This document shows, piece by piece, positions 35,509 through 44,800 of a DNA stretch of 64,000 nt. Position 1 is the stretch's first letter; each line of letters opens with the position of its first letter. A program made the translations under genes and the position numbers. The notes beneath the pieces were generated by a model that saw only the letters and a list, made by a program, of their open reading frames with translations, did no database searches and was not told the DNA's origin. The DNA comes from a virus (taxonomy: Duplodnaviria; Caudoviricetes): the IMG/VR virus record IMGVR_UViG_3300045747_000505. One strand, 5' to 3'.

Positions 35509-36051
35509 GTGAATCCTATCGCCTATCTCGTGATGGCCATCTTCAACACGATCTACATCGGGCTGGCCGCATTCGGCCTGCTCTGGGTCTCGTTGTCTGG
35601 TTCGATGCTCGACGCGGTGATCGCGCTCAGTGTCGCTGCCGTCGGCTATCACCTGTCGAAGACCGCTGTGATCATGCTGCTGGCTCACTTCAACATGCCA
35701 GCGCCGATCTCAGCTGGCGCGATGCAGCGCGAGATCGACGAGCTGCTCGAGCTGTCATCGCAGCCTGACTTCAAGGTCACTCAAGAGATTGAGGACCGCA
35801 TGTTCCGAGTTGGCCTCAAGCCTGGCTACGACGTGGCTGATCGTGGTGAGCAGATCGGCACGCAGTTCGATGAGCCGATCTACGAGTGGATCGTCACGCA
35901 AGAGAGTCTGGCTGCGCCGTTGGCTCGCTACAACTACTGTGGTGCGGCTCAGCGCAACAGAGACGGTGTCGCCATCGAGGTCGATCGTGAGGACGTCGTC
36001 TGCTACAAGGGTCAGCTCTACGAGCTGGCGAAGGTCGACGAGAAAGCCTGA
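35509..36051 (+). CDS. membrane protein
   Basis: GGAG RBS, GTG start, N-terminal TMs. Confidence 0.7.
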   Translation: MNPIAYLVMAIFNTIYIGLAAFGLLWVSLSGSMLDAVIALSVAAVGYHLSKTAVIMLLAHFNMPAPISAGAMQREIDELLELSSQPDFKVTQEIEDRMFRVGLKPGYDVADRGEQIGTQFDEPIYEWIVTQESLAAPLARYNYCGAAQRNRDGVAIEVDREDVVCYKGQLYELAKVDEKA

Positions 36052-36172
36052 ACCTAAACAGCACCAACAACCATTCTCAAAAGTAGTGTACAATACACTC
36101 CTGTTCGATAAATAGAACTGTTGGCGAAAGCCACGCGAGCCGTCCGACCTTACAACGACGGCAAAGAACTAG

Positions 36173-36302
36173 TGAACCGCTAGGATTGATTATCAATGGC
36201 TGCCGCCGCAAGGCGAAAAGAGACCACTACTCGCAATATGTGGAATTCTCGATCCACCCTTCGTTCACACCCTTTCTAGGTCTTCAACTCTCATTCTGTT
36301 CA
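36173..36302 (+). ncRNA. Y-RNA-like element upstream of ro60
   Basis: UGAA-C-CG / UG-UUCA bulged helix, long pyrimidine-rich tract, in a 540-nt noncoding gap. Confidence 0.5.
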
Positions 36303-36595
36303 ACCCAGTGCTAACCGGCTCGTCTTGGTTACCACAAGTGAAATGCGCTTAGGTACCTCTAGCTTCGGCCACGTCTTTTGCGCCGTACGTCAACTCGTTA
36401 ATTGACTAAGTCGTCGTGGCTGAAAACCACGAACGTTAGTGGGTCGAAACCACGCAGGCTATCGCGAGCCAGAAAAGAGCGATGTAGGCGAACCACTGAA
36501 GAGATTCAGCCGCCGAACTTCCGAGGCACAATTTCGTTGCCACTGGTTTGAACACCACTTTGCTGCACATCGCAGCCGTTCCAAGGAGAAACATC

Positions 36596-38221
36596 ATGTC
36601 AAACGTCTACGCAGAATTCGCATCCGCTGACTCGACTTCCAAGCAGGCTCGCCAGTCCACTTCCCCGACGCAGGTCATCCCGGGCCGTGAGGCCGACATG
36701 TCCGCCAACAACGGCGGTGGCTTCAGCTTCGTCATGACGAAGTGGGGCGTGCTCGACCGCTTCATCATGCTCGGCACCGAGAAGGCCGGCTACTACGTCG
36801 GCCAGAAGGAGCAGACGAAGCAGTCCTTCGACACCGTCAAGGCGTGTCTGAAGGAAGATGGTCTCCGCGTCGTGGCTCGCATCGTCGAGTACTCGCTGGC
36901 TGGTCGTGCTCCGAAGAATGATCCGGCCGTCGTGGCCCTGGCTCTCGCAGCCGTGTACGGTGACGACGCGACCCGCGCAGTAGCCTTCGAAGCGCTGCCG
37001 AAGGTCGCCCGTACCGGCACGTGGCTGTTCCTGTTCGTGTCGATCCTCGACTCGCTGGGCAAGTGGAACGCGGCTGCAAAGCGTGGCGTTGCCGCTTGGT
37101 ACACGACGAAGCAGGTCGACCGTCTGGCCGTTCAGCTGCTCAAGTACCAGTCCCGCAATGGCTGGGCGCACCGTGACGTTCTGCGTCTCGCGCACGTCAA
37201 GCCGTCGTCTGACGTTCAGTCGGCCCTGTTCCGCTACGCGGTGAAGGGTGCCGAGGGCATCGAGTTCGGCACGATGGTGCCGCAGCTGCTCGTCGACTTC
37301 GAGCTCTTGAAGCGCACGACCGACAAGAAGGAAGTGCTTCGCCTGATCGAGTCCAACGACTTCATCAGCTGGGAAATGGTCCCGACGCAGTGGCTGAAGG
37401 ATCCGGACGTGCTGACCCTGCTCGTCAAGAACATGGGCCTCACGGCCGTGATTCGCAAGCTGGGTGCGCTGACGGCCCATGGCGTGATCAAGCCGCTCTC
37501 GAGCGGTCTGAAGGACGTCGTGGCGAAGCTGACGGACTCCGAGCAGCTGAAGCGCCAGCGCGTTCACCCGATCACGCTGCTCCAGTCCCTGAAGCAGTAC
37601 TCGGTCGGCCACGGCGACAAGGGTTCGTTGGTCTGGGTTCCGAACCAGCGCGTCATCGATGCTCTGGACTCGGCGTTCTACGACGCGTTCACGCACGTCG
37701 AAACGAAGGGTGAGAACTACCTCATCGCGTGCGACATCTCTGGCTCGATGCAGGGTGCGAACGTCAACGGTTCTCCGAACCTCACGGCAGCTGAAGTTGC
37801 GGTGGTCATGGCGATGGTTGTTGCGCGCAAGCAGGACAACTACCACATCGTTGGCTACAACCAGCGTTTGGTCGACCTGCACGTCTCGCCGACGATGCGT
37901 CTCGACGCTGCCATGGCTTCGTACAAGAAGCAGCACTGGGACGGCGCCGGTACCGACTGCGCCAAGCCGTTCGAGGCTGCCCTCGCCAACAAGTGGCCTG
38001 TCGACAAGTTCGTCAGCATCACTGACAACGAGGTCAACTCGGGCTCGCAGCACCCGGCGCAGGCTCTGGCCAAGTACCGCAAGGGCTTGAACGCCATGGC
38101 GAAGTCGGTGGTCATCGGCACCTCGGTGTCGGAGTTCACCATCGCCGACCCGAAGGACTCCGGTTCTTTGGACATCGCAGGCTTCGACTCAGCTGCTCCG
38201 CAGCTGATCTCCGACCTGTGA
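36596..38221 (+). CDS. rsr: Ro60/Rsr TROVE-domain RNA-binding protein with vWA C-terminus
   Basis: NNGGGFSF, LDRFIMLGTE..YY, KYQSRNGWAHRDVLRLAH, DISGSM (MIDAS), TDNE. Confidence 0.95.
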   Translation: MSNVYAEFASADSTSKQARQSTSPTQVIPGREADMSANNGGGFSFVMTKWGVLDRFIMLGTEKAGYYVGQKEQTKQSFDTVKACLKEDGLRVVARIVEYSLAGRAPKNDPAVVALALAAVYGDDATRAVAFEALPKVARTGTWLFLFVSILDSLGKWNAAAKRGVAAWYTTKQVDRLAVQLLKYQSRNGWAHRDVLRLAHVKPSSDVQSALFRYAVKGAEGIEFGTMVPQLLVDFELLKRTTDKKEVLRLIESNDFISWEMVPTQWLKDPDVLTLLVKNMGLTAVIRKLGALTAHGVIKPLSSGLKDVVAKLTDSEQLKRQRVHPITLLQSLKQYSVGHGDKGSLVWVPNQRVIDALDSAFYDAFTHVETKGENYLIACDISGSMQGANVNGSPNLTAAEVAVVMAMVVARKQDNYHIVGYNQRLVDLHVSPTMRLDAAMASYKKQHWDGAGTDCAKPFEAALANKWPVDKFVSITDNEVNSGSQHPAQALAKYRKGLNAMAKSVVIGTSVSEFTIADPKDSGSLDIAGFDSAAPQLISDL

Positions 38222-38343
38222 TACGGTTGATTCGCATGGACAAGTCGAACCGCATGGTTCGACTTGGTCTAGGCCGCAACAACGGCAAGTGGTTCGCTCG
38301 AGTGGATTTGTGGTGGGTCGGCGTTCGACTCACCCGCAACTAA
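38218..38343 (+). CDS. small basic protein (41 aa, not in ORF track)
   Basis: GTGA overlap with the ro60 stop; MIRLIRMDKSNRMVRLGLGRNNGKWFARVDLWW. Confidence 0.5.
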   Translation: MIRLIRMDKSNRMVRLGLGRNNGKWFARVDLWWVGVRLTRN

Positions 38344-38352
38344 GGGAATCAC

Positions 38353-38979
38353 ATGAAGGTCTTCATCGGTCCGTACGTCAACTGGATTGGTCCATACCAA
38401 ATCGCTGGCTGGCTTCAGCACGTTGGCGTCAGCGAAGAGCGCTGCCACGAGCTTGGCGAGAAGCTGGCGAACACTTGGGTCAAGCCTGTCTGCGAGTGGA
38501 TTCACGGGCATCAGCACCGTAAGGTCAAGGTGAAGCTTCACCGCTACGACACGTGGAACATGGACTCCACGCTCTCACACATCGTCCTTCCAATGCTCAA
38601 GCAGCTTCACGCGACGAAGCACGGTGCGCCGTCCGTCGATGATGAGGACGTGCCTGAGCACCTTCGCTCCACCTCGGCGCCGCCGAGGGAGAACGAGTGG
38701 GACACGGACGAGAATCACTTCAAGCGCTTCGACTGGTTGCTTGAAGAGCTGATCTGGACCTTCGAGCAGCTTCACCCAGAGTGCGATGGCGAGTCGAAGT
38801 TCTTCTCTGGCGATTCAGATATTCAATTCAACAAGATTGAGGGTAGCGACCTGTACAGCATGGACCGCGGTCCGAAGGACACCTTCAAGATGGATCAAGA
38901 AGGTCTCAACGCCTACAAGGCGCGCATTCAAAAGGGTTGCGAGCTCTTCGGCAAATATTTGCAGGGATTATGGGATTGA
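38353..38979 (+). CDS. conserved T4-like phage hypothetical protein
   Basis: MKVFIGPY..DTWNMD.TL..I.LPML..G.ELFGKY..LWD. Confidence 0.8.
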   Translation: MKVFIGPYVNWIGPYQIAGWLQHVGVSEERCHELGEKLANTWVKPVCEWIHGHQHRKVKVKLHRYDTWNMDSTLSHIVLPMLKQLHATKHGAPSVDDEDVPEHLRSTSAPPRENEWDTDENHFKRFDWLLEELIWTFEQLHPECDGESKFFSGDSDIQFNKIEGSDLYSMDRGPKDTFKMDQEGLNAYKARIQKGCELFGKYLQGLWD

Positions 38980-39648
38980 CTTACAGTTGTTCCCGTGATG
39001 CCTGAAAAAGTTAGGTGCCGTTGTAGAAGTAGTTCGACAATGGACGCATGATACTGGGCAAAAGCCTTTATCGTGCGTCCTATTCGGGTTTTTCTTACAC
39101 ACATCAAAATGCCACCGCAGCATAGTTCTGAGTTGACCCTGTTTTTCACAGTGTGGACATTGAACGGTTTTCGCATTTAGAGCTATGTGTGCTGGTGGCT
39201 TTGGCGGGCCAATAAATTCTTGTGCACGTCGCCCAATGGCTAACTCGCTCTCCCAGTAGGCTTTCGATCGTTGGCGGTGAAGATCTTTAGTTTCATCAGT
39301 CTGAGTCCAAGTCTTCTTGTTTCTTTGGCGAGTCGACAGACTCTTTTGAATTGCCTCTTTAGTCCTTGATGTCGGATTATCACCGCCAGTGCCTGTTTCA
39401 TTCATCAGGTTTGCCCAGTCTTTTGATTCCACAATGTTATTTGCTATAGAATACGAGGTGGCAAAAGACTTGAATTCCTCAAGAGATTCAGTTTGATAAA
39501 TCACGTCGGTGTGAGTGTGATTGCCATGAACCTTCAAATGTCGAAGCCAGTATTTGCCTGAACCAGCGTAGGTAAAAGGGTCCTTGCAGATCTTGCCAAG
39601 GTATTTCATGCCTGTGTCTAAATGCGTCTTCTTGTAGAGGTAGTACAT
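38968..39648 (-). mobile_element. GIY-YIG-like homing endonuclease with C-terminal Zn ribbon
   Basis: MYYLYKKTH..KYLG..Y.GSG; CPHCEKQG; AT-rich. Confidence 0.75.
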
Positions 39649-39842
39649 CGCAAGATCCAATGTCGAACACCTCCTATTTATACTACCATCACGGTCTCTG
39701 GGACTAAATAACAAGTCGCTGTCAACACACAACGCCGACGATTCGAAAGGATCGTCGGCGTTGTCGTATGTGCTTGCAATTCCTTATTTGCCAACTAATG
39801 CTATTAGAATTGCGCTGTGATGGTTGTAACAGCTCTGTCATT

Positions 39843-39886
39843 GTTACACTTGGGCTGTGTTCTTTCTTCAGGTTCGGTGTATAATG
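39843..39886 (+). promoter_or_regulatory. early promoter: GTTACAC box 37-38 nt upstream of TATAAT (representative)
   Basis: Same spacing at 11000, 17750, 33332, 40587, 42653, 43683, 45040, 45742. Confidence 0.7.
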
Positions 39887-39908
39887 ACTCAACATCTAGG
39901 AGAGCTCA

Positions 39909-40151
39909 ATGTCATCTGTTGCAACCGCCATGAGAGATATGCGTACGACGGTCGCCGTCAACTTCGCTGCCATGGCGAAGGAGCTGCTCGAGTCCTACGA
40001 CACCGGCATTCTGCCCGACGGTCAGGTCACCGAAGCCGCTCGCTGGCTCTCACGCCAGCTCAACTACCTGCCCTACTCGCAGACGCTGTCCATCGTCGAA
40101 ACCGAAGTCCAACGCGCTTGCATGCGTGCAGCCGCCGACACCATCCGTTAA
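39909..40151 (+). CDS. early hypothetical protein
   Basis: GGAG RBS after promoter. Confidence 0.7.
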   Translation: MSSVATAMRDMRTTVAVNFAAMAKELLESYDTGILPDGQVTEAARWLSRQLNYLPYSQTLSIVETEVQRACMRAAADTIR

Positions 40152-40167
40152 CTCTGGAGCCCCAATC

Positions 40168-40386
40168 ATGATTGCCATCGCCGTTCCTCACACTGGTCTC
40201 ATCGCCGTTTCACAAGGTGGAATGGGCACGTTCTACATGCGTCAGGACCAGTACGCCCTGTGGCTCGACAAGGCCAACGCCCTGCGCCGTGACCTGAAGC
40301 CTGCCACCCTCGCTGGGATGGCCGAGGTCGCCGTTCTGGTGATGCTCCTCGCCGCCGAGATCATGAACGATCGTGTCACAGCCTGA
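40168..40386 (+). CDS. early hypothetical protein
   Basis: GGAG RBS. Confidence 0.65.
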   Translation: MIAIAVPHTGLIAVSQGGMGTFYMRQDQYALWLDKANALRRDLKPATLAGMAEVAVLVMLLAAEIMNDRVTA

Positions 40387-40399
40387 AGGATTTCACATC

Positions 40400-40573
40400 A
40401 TGGAATACACCATCGTTCAGGCCTACTCGCCTGACTCGCTCACCAACGCCGTCAAAAAACTGCTCGCCATCGGTTGGGTTCCGTCTGGCGGTGTCGCCGT
40501 GGGCAAGAGCGGTTCGGAAGGTCAGATCTTCTATCAGACGATGACCCGCCAAGCCGGCTGGAAGCCCCGGTAA
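40400..40573 (+). CDS. DUF1737-like small protein
   Basis: YTIV..L..AV..LL..GW.P.GG. Confidence 0.7.
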   Translation: MEYTIVQAYSPDSLTNAVKKLLAIGWVPSGGVAVGKSGSEGQIFYQTMTRQAGWKPR

Positions 40574-40656
40574 CAACTAAGGAACTGTTACACTTTGCCT
40601 GTGTACAAAACCCAGGTTCAGTGTATAATGATCCCATCGACAACTGGAGCCCAATC

Positions 40657-41013
40657 ATGCTGAACATTCTGCCCGCCGCCAAGTCCACCTTCGGTACCAC
40701 CGCCGTGTCCGTCGCTGAAGTCGCTCGCAAGCTTCGCGCTGGCACCATCGTTGTCGCCGACCGCTACAACCCCGATGGCACCGTGACCCGCGTCTTTCTG
40801 GTGACGACCGACAAGGTCAAGCTGCCCGCTCTGTCCTGGCACGACGTCCGCCACGCCACGAACAAGCGCCCGTACGGCCAGCACCACGTGCTGCAGTCCG
40901 TCGCCTTCAAGTTCGACCACGGCATTCTGGTCCTCCCCGACTTCGTGACCTGCTCGCGCGAGTACTGCGAGGTCTGCGACCTGACCGCCACCGTCTTCAC
41001 TCTGGAAGCCTGA
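40657..41013 (+). CDS. early hypothetical protein
   Basis: GGAG RBS after promoter. Confidence 0.7.
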   Translation: MLNILPAAKSTFGTTAVSVAEVARKLRAGTIVVADRYNPDGTVTRVFLVTTDKVKLPALSWHDVRHATNKRPYGQHHVLQSVAFKFDHGILVLPDFVTCSREYCEVCDLTATVFTLEA

Positions 41014-41015
41014 TC

Positions 41016-41321
41016 ATGTACCTCAAAGAACCACTCACACCAGACACCGCCGTTGTGTTCTTCGGTGTGGCCGCGGTCGTAGTAGCCTTCTACGTGCTCG
41101 AGATGCTGTGGGCCGCCGGCAAGTATCACTGGCGCGCGTGGCGAGTGTCGAAGATCCAAATCCCTGAGCTCAGCGCCGTGGACATGCTCAAGGTGAACAA
41201 GCACTACAAACAAGCCATGACCGAGATCGACGCCTACCTCGCCTTCAAGCAGCGCCTCGACGACAAGAAGGCCAAGGTCGCTCGCCGCGGCCTGAAGTGG
41301 CAAAACCTTCGCAAGATGTAA
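41016..41321 (+). CDS. membrane-anchored hypothetical protein
   Basis: N-term TM. Confidence 0.65.
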   Translation: MYLKEPLTPDTAVVFFGVAAVVVAFYVLEMLWAAGKYHWRAWRVSKIQIPELSAVDMLKVNKHYKQAMTEIDAYLAFKQRLDDKKAKVARRGLKWQNLRKM

Positions 41322-41388
41322 CGCCGCTCAAGTTTGCGCAGAAGTCCTAGGTTCGTGGTATAATGACTTCATGCAAACGGAGAACATC

Positions 41389-41634
41389 ATGAACGGTTTC
41401 AAGGTGGTGATCGAACAAGACGGCTGCTATCGCTGCGACGTCAAGAGCGCTGGCCAAATCGTCACTGGCACCCTCGAGCAGTGCGCTCAGTTCGTCGCCA
41501 ATCACCTGCCGCCCGAAGGCTGGTGGTACAGCCTCTCCGTCTACCCCGTCGAACCCGGTCCGCTGACCAGCTACATGATCCCGGCCCCGACCGTCGCTCG
41601 CCGCCGTCGCATTCACCTCCGCTCTGTTCGTTGA
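41389..41634 (+). CDS. early hypothetical protein
   Basis: GGAG RBS after TATAAT. Confidence 0.65.
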   Translation: MNGFKVVIEQDGCYRCDVKSAGQIVTGTLEQCAQFVANHLPPEGWWYSLSVYPVEPGPLTSYMIPAPTVARRRRIHLRSVR

Positions 41635-41720
41635 GCGTAACAACCTCACGGTCTATTACACTTTAGCCAACACGAACCTCAGGGTTGAGGTATAATAGCC
41701 TCATGCAAACGGAGAACGCA

Positions 41721-42044
41721 ATGACCATGACCTACGAAGCCTGGCGCGCCACGCAACAGTGGCCCCACACGTCATTCGACTCCTACCTGTTCGCCCATCC
41801 TGAAGTTCGCGAGTATCAGGTCTTTCGTCTCGACCCGACCACCAAGATGAGCCACATCGAGGGTGAACCGCTGCTCGAGACGGACAATCTGGCCGAGGCC
41901 TGCACCTTCATCTACGACGCGTTTCGCAATGAGGGTGCCGAGCTCTGCGTCTTTCAACCTCGCACTCAGGGCTACTGCGACTACTATCGCAAGAGTAACA
42001 AGCACGCCAAGCGCGCTTCAACTGGCAGATTTGTCAAGGCATGA
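41721..42044 (+). CDS. early hypothetical protein
   Basis: Leader ATGCAAACGGAGAAC identical to that at 41371. Confidence 0.65.
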   Translation: MTMTYEAWRATQQWPHTSFDSYLFAHPEVREYQVFRLDPTTKMSHIEGEPLLETDNLAEACTFIYDAFRNEGAELCVFQPRTQGYCDYYRKSNKHAKRASTGRFVKA

Positions 42045-42268
42045 TCATGGACTGGCCCACTGAAATCGTCGCCAAAGCCGAATTCGAAATTCGCATCTTC
42101 GAGAGCCCCAGCATCGACACCAGCCGCGCGCTCCTCGAAGAAGTGAAAAAGCTCCGTGCCACGCTTCGGCAGCTCGCCGAAGCCACGGACAACCTCGCCG
42201 TGTCACCCACGTCCGTCAACCGCGAAGACGCGCAGGCTATCGCCGAAGCCGCTCGCAAGCTCCTCTAG
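42041..42268 (+). CDS. hypothetical protein
   Basis: ATGA overlap. Confidence 0.6.
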   Translation: MIMDWPTEIVAKAEFEIRIFESPSIDTSRALLEEVKKLRATLRQLAEATDNLAVSPTSVNREDAQAIAEAARKLL

Positions 42269-42276
42269 GATTCCAC

Positions 42277-42639
42277 ATGGTCTATCAACGCACCCTCAAG
42301 CCCGGCAACCTCGTCACCATCGGCAACTCCAAGGCCGTGCTGCTCGTCGTCCGCTCCGAACGAAAAGTCAGCCGTGACGAGACGCGTGGCGAGAGCTACT
42401 CCGTCGGCGAGATCAGTGTGGTCGACACCGGCTACGAGAGCGAGATCCCGCCCGTCGGCGGCCTGCGCCCGATGATCGCGCCCGCCGAGAAAGCGTACTA
42501 CTTCGAAGGTGGTTCGATGCGTGGCGAAGGCACGTGCATCAAGGACAGCGACGTGACCGTCATCGGCACCTCCGCCCTCACGAAGCGCATCACGACGACC
42601 TACGAGATCGGAAAGGTCGAGCTGTTCTGGCAAGCGTAA
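42277..42639 (+). CDS. hypothetical protein
   Basis: AGGA RBS. Confidence 0.65.
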   Translation: MVYQRTLKPGNLVTIGNSKAVLLVVRSERKVSRDETRGESYSVGEISVVDTGYESEIPPVGGLRPMIAPAEKAYYFEGGSMRGEGTCIKDSDVTVIGTSALTKRITTTYEIGKVELFWQA

Positions 42640-42728
42640 CAAGCGACAGGGCGTTACACTTTACCTGTGTACAAACCCTAGGTTCGCGTTATAATGACTT
42701 CATCGTCAACCAGAACCGGAACCACATC

Positions 42729-43109
42729 ATGTCCTACCCGCAAAACTCCTGGGCCATCCTTCCCGCCACGCAATGCCTGCTCGGCAAGACCAAGGCCACC
42801 CTCGAAGAGTGCATGCTCGAGATGGGTCGCTACGGTGGCACCTGCACGATTCTGATCTGCGAGCGGAACTACGAGAACGGCAAGCCCACGCTGGTCTTCC
42901 TGTCCAGCGCCGGCGCCATGAATTACGCCAAGGGCTACCAGCACAAGGCTCATCACGACCAGACGCTGCGCAACCTCGGCTACCACCGTGTTCTGCACGT
43001 CATTCACTACTCAGTGGATCGCCTCGCGCTGGTCGTCGATGCCGAAGGCAACCTCCTCCCTGGCAATGTCACCTTCGACATGAAGGCTCCGCTCTTCGTC
43101 TTCAAGTGA
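42729..43109 (+). CDS. early hypothetical protein
   Basis: After promoter; MSYPQNSWAILP resembles MLNILPAAK (40657). Confidence 0.65.
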   Translation: MSYPQNSWAILPATQCLLGKTKATLEECMLEMGRYGGTCTILICERNYENGKPTLVFLSSAGAMNYAKGYQHKAHHDQTLRNLGYHRVLHVIHYSVDRLALVVDAEGNLLPGNVTFDMKAPLFVFK

Positions 43110-43138
43110 TAAATATGGCAACCACTTTCGGAGACACC

Positions 43139-43381
43139 ATGAACCTCGCCCAACTGCACGAAGGCAAGCGCCTCGTCATTCACCGTCGCAATCGCAACCT
43201 CGACTCTGGCTTCGACCAGGTCTCGGTGACGGTGACCGAGGTTCGCTCTGACCGAGTGGTCGGCTTCTCCAACAACGTGCCGAAGACGCCGTTCGACGTG
43301 AAGCTGGCCGATGGCAAGTTCAGCGTCGGCTCTGGCTCTGGCAAGGCAACCTTCTACTTGAGCGACGCCGGCAAGGCGTAA
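43139..43381 (+). CDS. small late protein
   Basis: GATAAATA at 43108, GGAG RBS; MNLAQLHEG. Confidence 0.65.
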   Translation: MNLAQLHEGKRLVIHRRNRNLDSGFDQVSVTVTEVRSDRVVGFSNNVPKTPFDVKLADGKFSVGSGSGKATFYLSDAGKA

Positions 43382-43443
43382 CGCCGCTCACTCCTTTCAG
43401 GATCATGGTATAATGATCCATCGCATCCCAACAGGAGTTTTCC

Positions 43444-43680
43444 ATGTCCAAGGACCACGGTCAAGGCATCTTCGAGATGTCCGACATCACCCTCGTCTGC
43501 TCCATGTCTAGCCTGCCAAACGCCAAGGTCATCGCCCGTGCTGCGATCGACCGCTCAACGGCGACGCAAGCCAACAAGGACAAGGCGGGTCTGATGGTCG
43601 CCAAGGCCACCTCGCCGACCAAGCTCGCGTTCGGCATGACCAACTTCTCCCTCGCCCATCAAGGTCTCAAGGTTCTGTAA
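43444..43680 (+). CDS. early hypothetical protein
   Basis: AGGAG RBS after TATAAT. Confidence 0.65.
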   Translation: MSKDHGQGIFEMSDITLVCSMSSLPNAKVIARAAIDRSTATQANKDKAGLMVAKATSPTKLAFGMTNFSLAHQGLKVL

Positions 43681-43751
43681 CGGTTACACCTTAGCTGTAT
43701 ACGACCACGCGAAAGCGTGGTACAATGACACATCGTCATCTGGAGATCATC

Positions 43752-44072
43752 ATGGGATTCCGCACCGTAGTAGTTCTGAGCAACGACCAGCCCTGGGATC
43801 GTGATCCCGACCTCGGTCGCAAGATCAGCGAAGCCGCTTCGTACCTCTCGTCCGGCCGTCGTGATGGCTTCTTCATCGGTGGCAACGTCATCGAGCAGGT
43901 CCACGCCGACACGAACACGCTGATGGTCATCGACAGCCTGAGCGGCACCGCCATGGCTCGCGGTCACTGGCACTCTGGCCAGACCGACCAGCAGCGCAAC
44001 TTCGACCTCCTCAAGGAGATGGCCGAGCGCATGGGCTACGGTCTTCGCAAGCTCCCCGCCAAAAAGGCCTGA
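43752..44072 (+). CDS. early hypothetical protein
   Basis: GGAG RBS; MGFRTVVVLSND. Confidence 0.65.
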   Translation: MGFRTVVVLSNDQPWDRDPDLGRKISEAASYLSSGRRDGFFIGGNVIEQVHADTNTLMVIDSLSGTAMARGHWHSGQTDQQRNFDLLKEMAERMGYGLRKLPAKKA

Positions 44073-44074
44073 TC

Positions 44075-44392
44075 ATGAGCCTCCACTTCGACTCAGCCTT
44101 CATCGGCACGATCCCTGGTGCCAAGCCGGCCAATGAGCTGCCCACGCTCTACGAAGCCTACCTCGCCGTCGCGCCGTCCGAGCTCGATCTCGAGTTCCTG
44201 GCGCAGTCAACGGCTGAGCAGCGACACGAGTACTGGTCGAACCCGCTGAACATCGCGCGGCAACAGCGCTCCACCATGCTCGGCGCCGAGATTCGCATGC
44301 TCGCTGCCAACCACTACGGTCTGATCGGCGCTGGGTCGGTCGATGAAATCATCGCCATCCTCTCCGTCTGCACATTCCCCACGAAAGCCTAA
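44075..44392 (+). CDS. hypothetical protein
   Basis: Operon spacing. Confidence 0.6.
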   Translation: MSLHFDSAFIGTIPGAKPANELPTLYEAYLAVAPSELDLEFLAQSTAEQRHEYWSNPLNIARQQRSTMLGAEIRMLAANHYGLIGAGSVDEIIAILSVCTFPTKA

Positions 44393-44395
44393 ATC

Positions 44396-44797
44396 ATGTC
44401 CCTCGAACACCCCATCGACTGGTACCTTGGTCGCGACCTCAAGCTTCCGACCAGAGCCGACTTCACGACCTACTACGTCTATCGCAAGGGCGAGGTCATC
44501 TTCAAGGGCACCTCCGACGAGTACAAGGTCAACCAGGCATCTGTGACGCCTGGCGCCGTGCTCGAGCGCGTCGTCGATGAAGAAGCCCTTCGCGCAGCGC
44601 AAGTCCTCGTCTACGCCGAGCGCAAGCTCCGCAACGAGGTCTATCGCCGCGACGTCTGGGCCGAGCACGGCATGATGGGTCATCCCAAGGTCAATGCCGT
44701 CTGGGAGCTCACGCTCGCCATCGCCACTCGCCACGGCATCGAGCACGAAAACGTCGAAGAACTCTTCGGCGACATTGCCAACCTTCTCAAGGACTAA
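44396..44797 (+). CDS. hypothetical protein
   Basis: Operon spacing. Confidence 0.65.
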   Translation: MSLEHPIDWYLGRDLKLPTRADFTTYYVYRKGEVIFKGTSDEYKVNQASVTPGAVLERVVDEEALRAAQVLVYAERKLRNEVYRRDVWAEHGMMGHPKVNAVWELTLAIATRHGIEHENVEELFGDIANLLKD

Positions 44798-44800
44798 ATC

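Noticed and set aside
36599-38053. 484-aa antisense ORF, and similar long antisense ORFs over prkA (48743-49915) and spoVR (52515-54068)
   Set aside because: These are shadow ORFs from high-GC3 codon bias opposite well-supported genes; they have no RBS or motifs.
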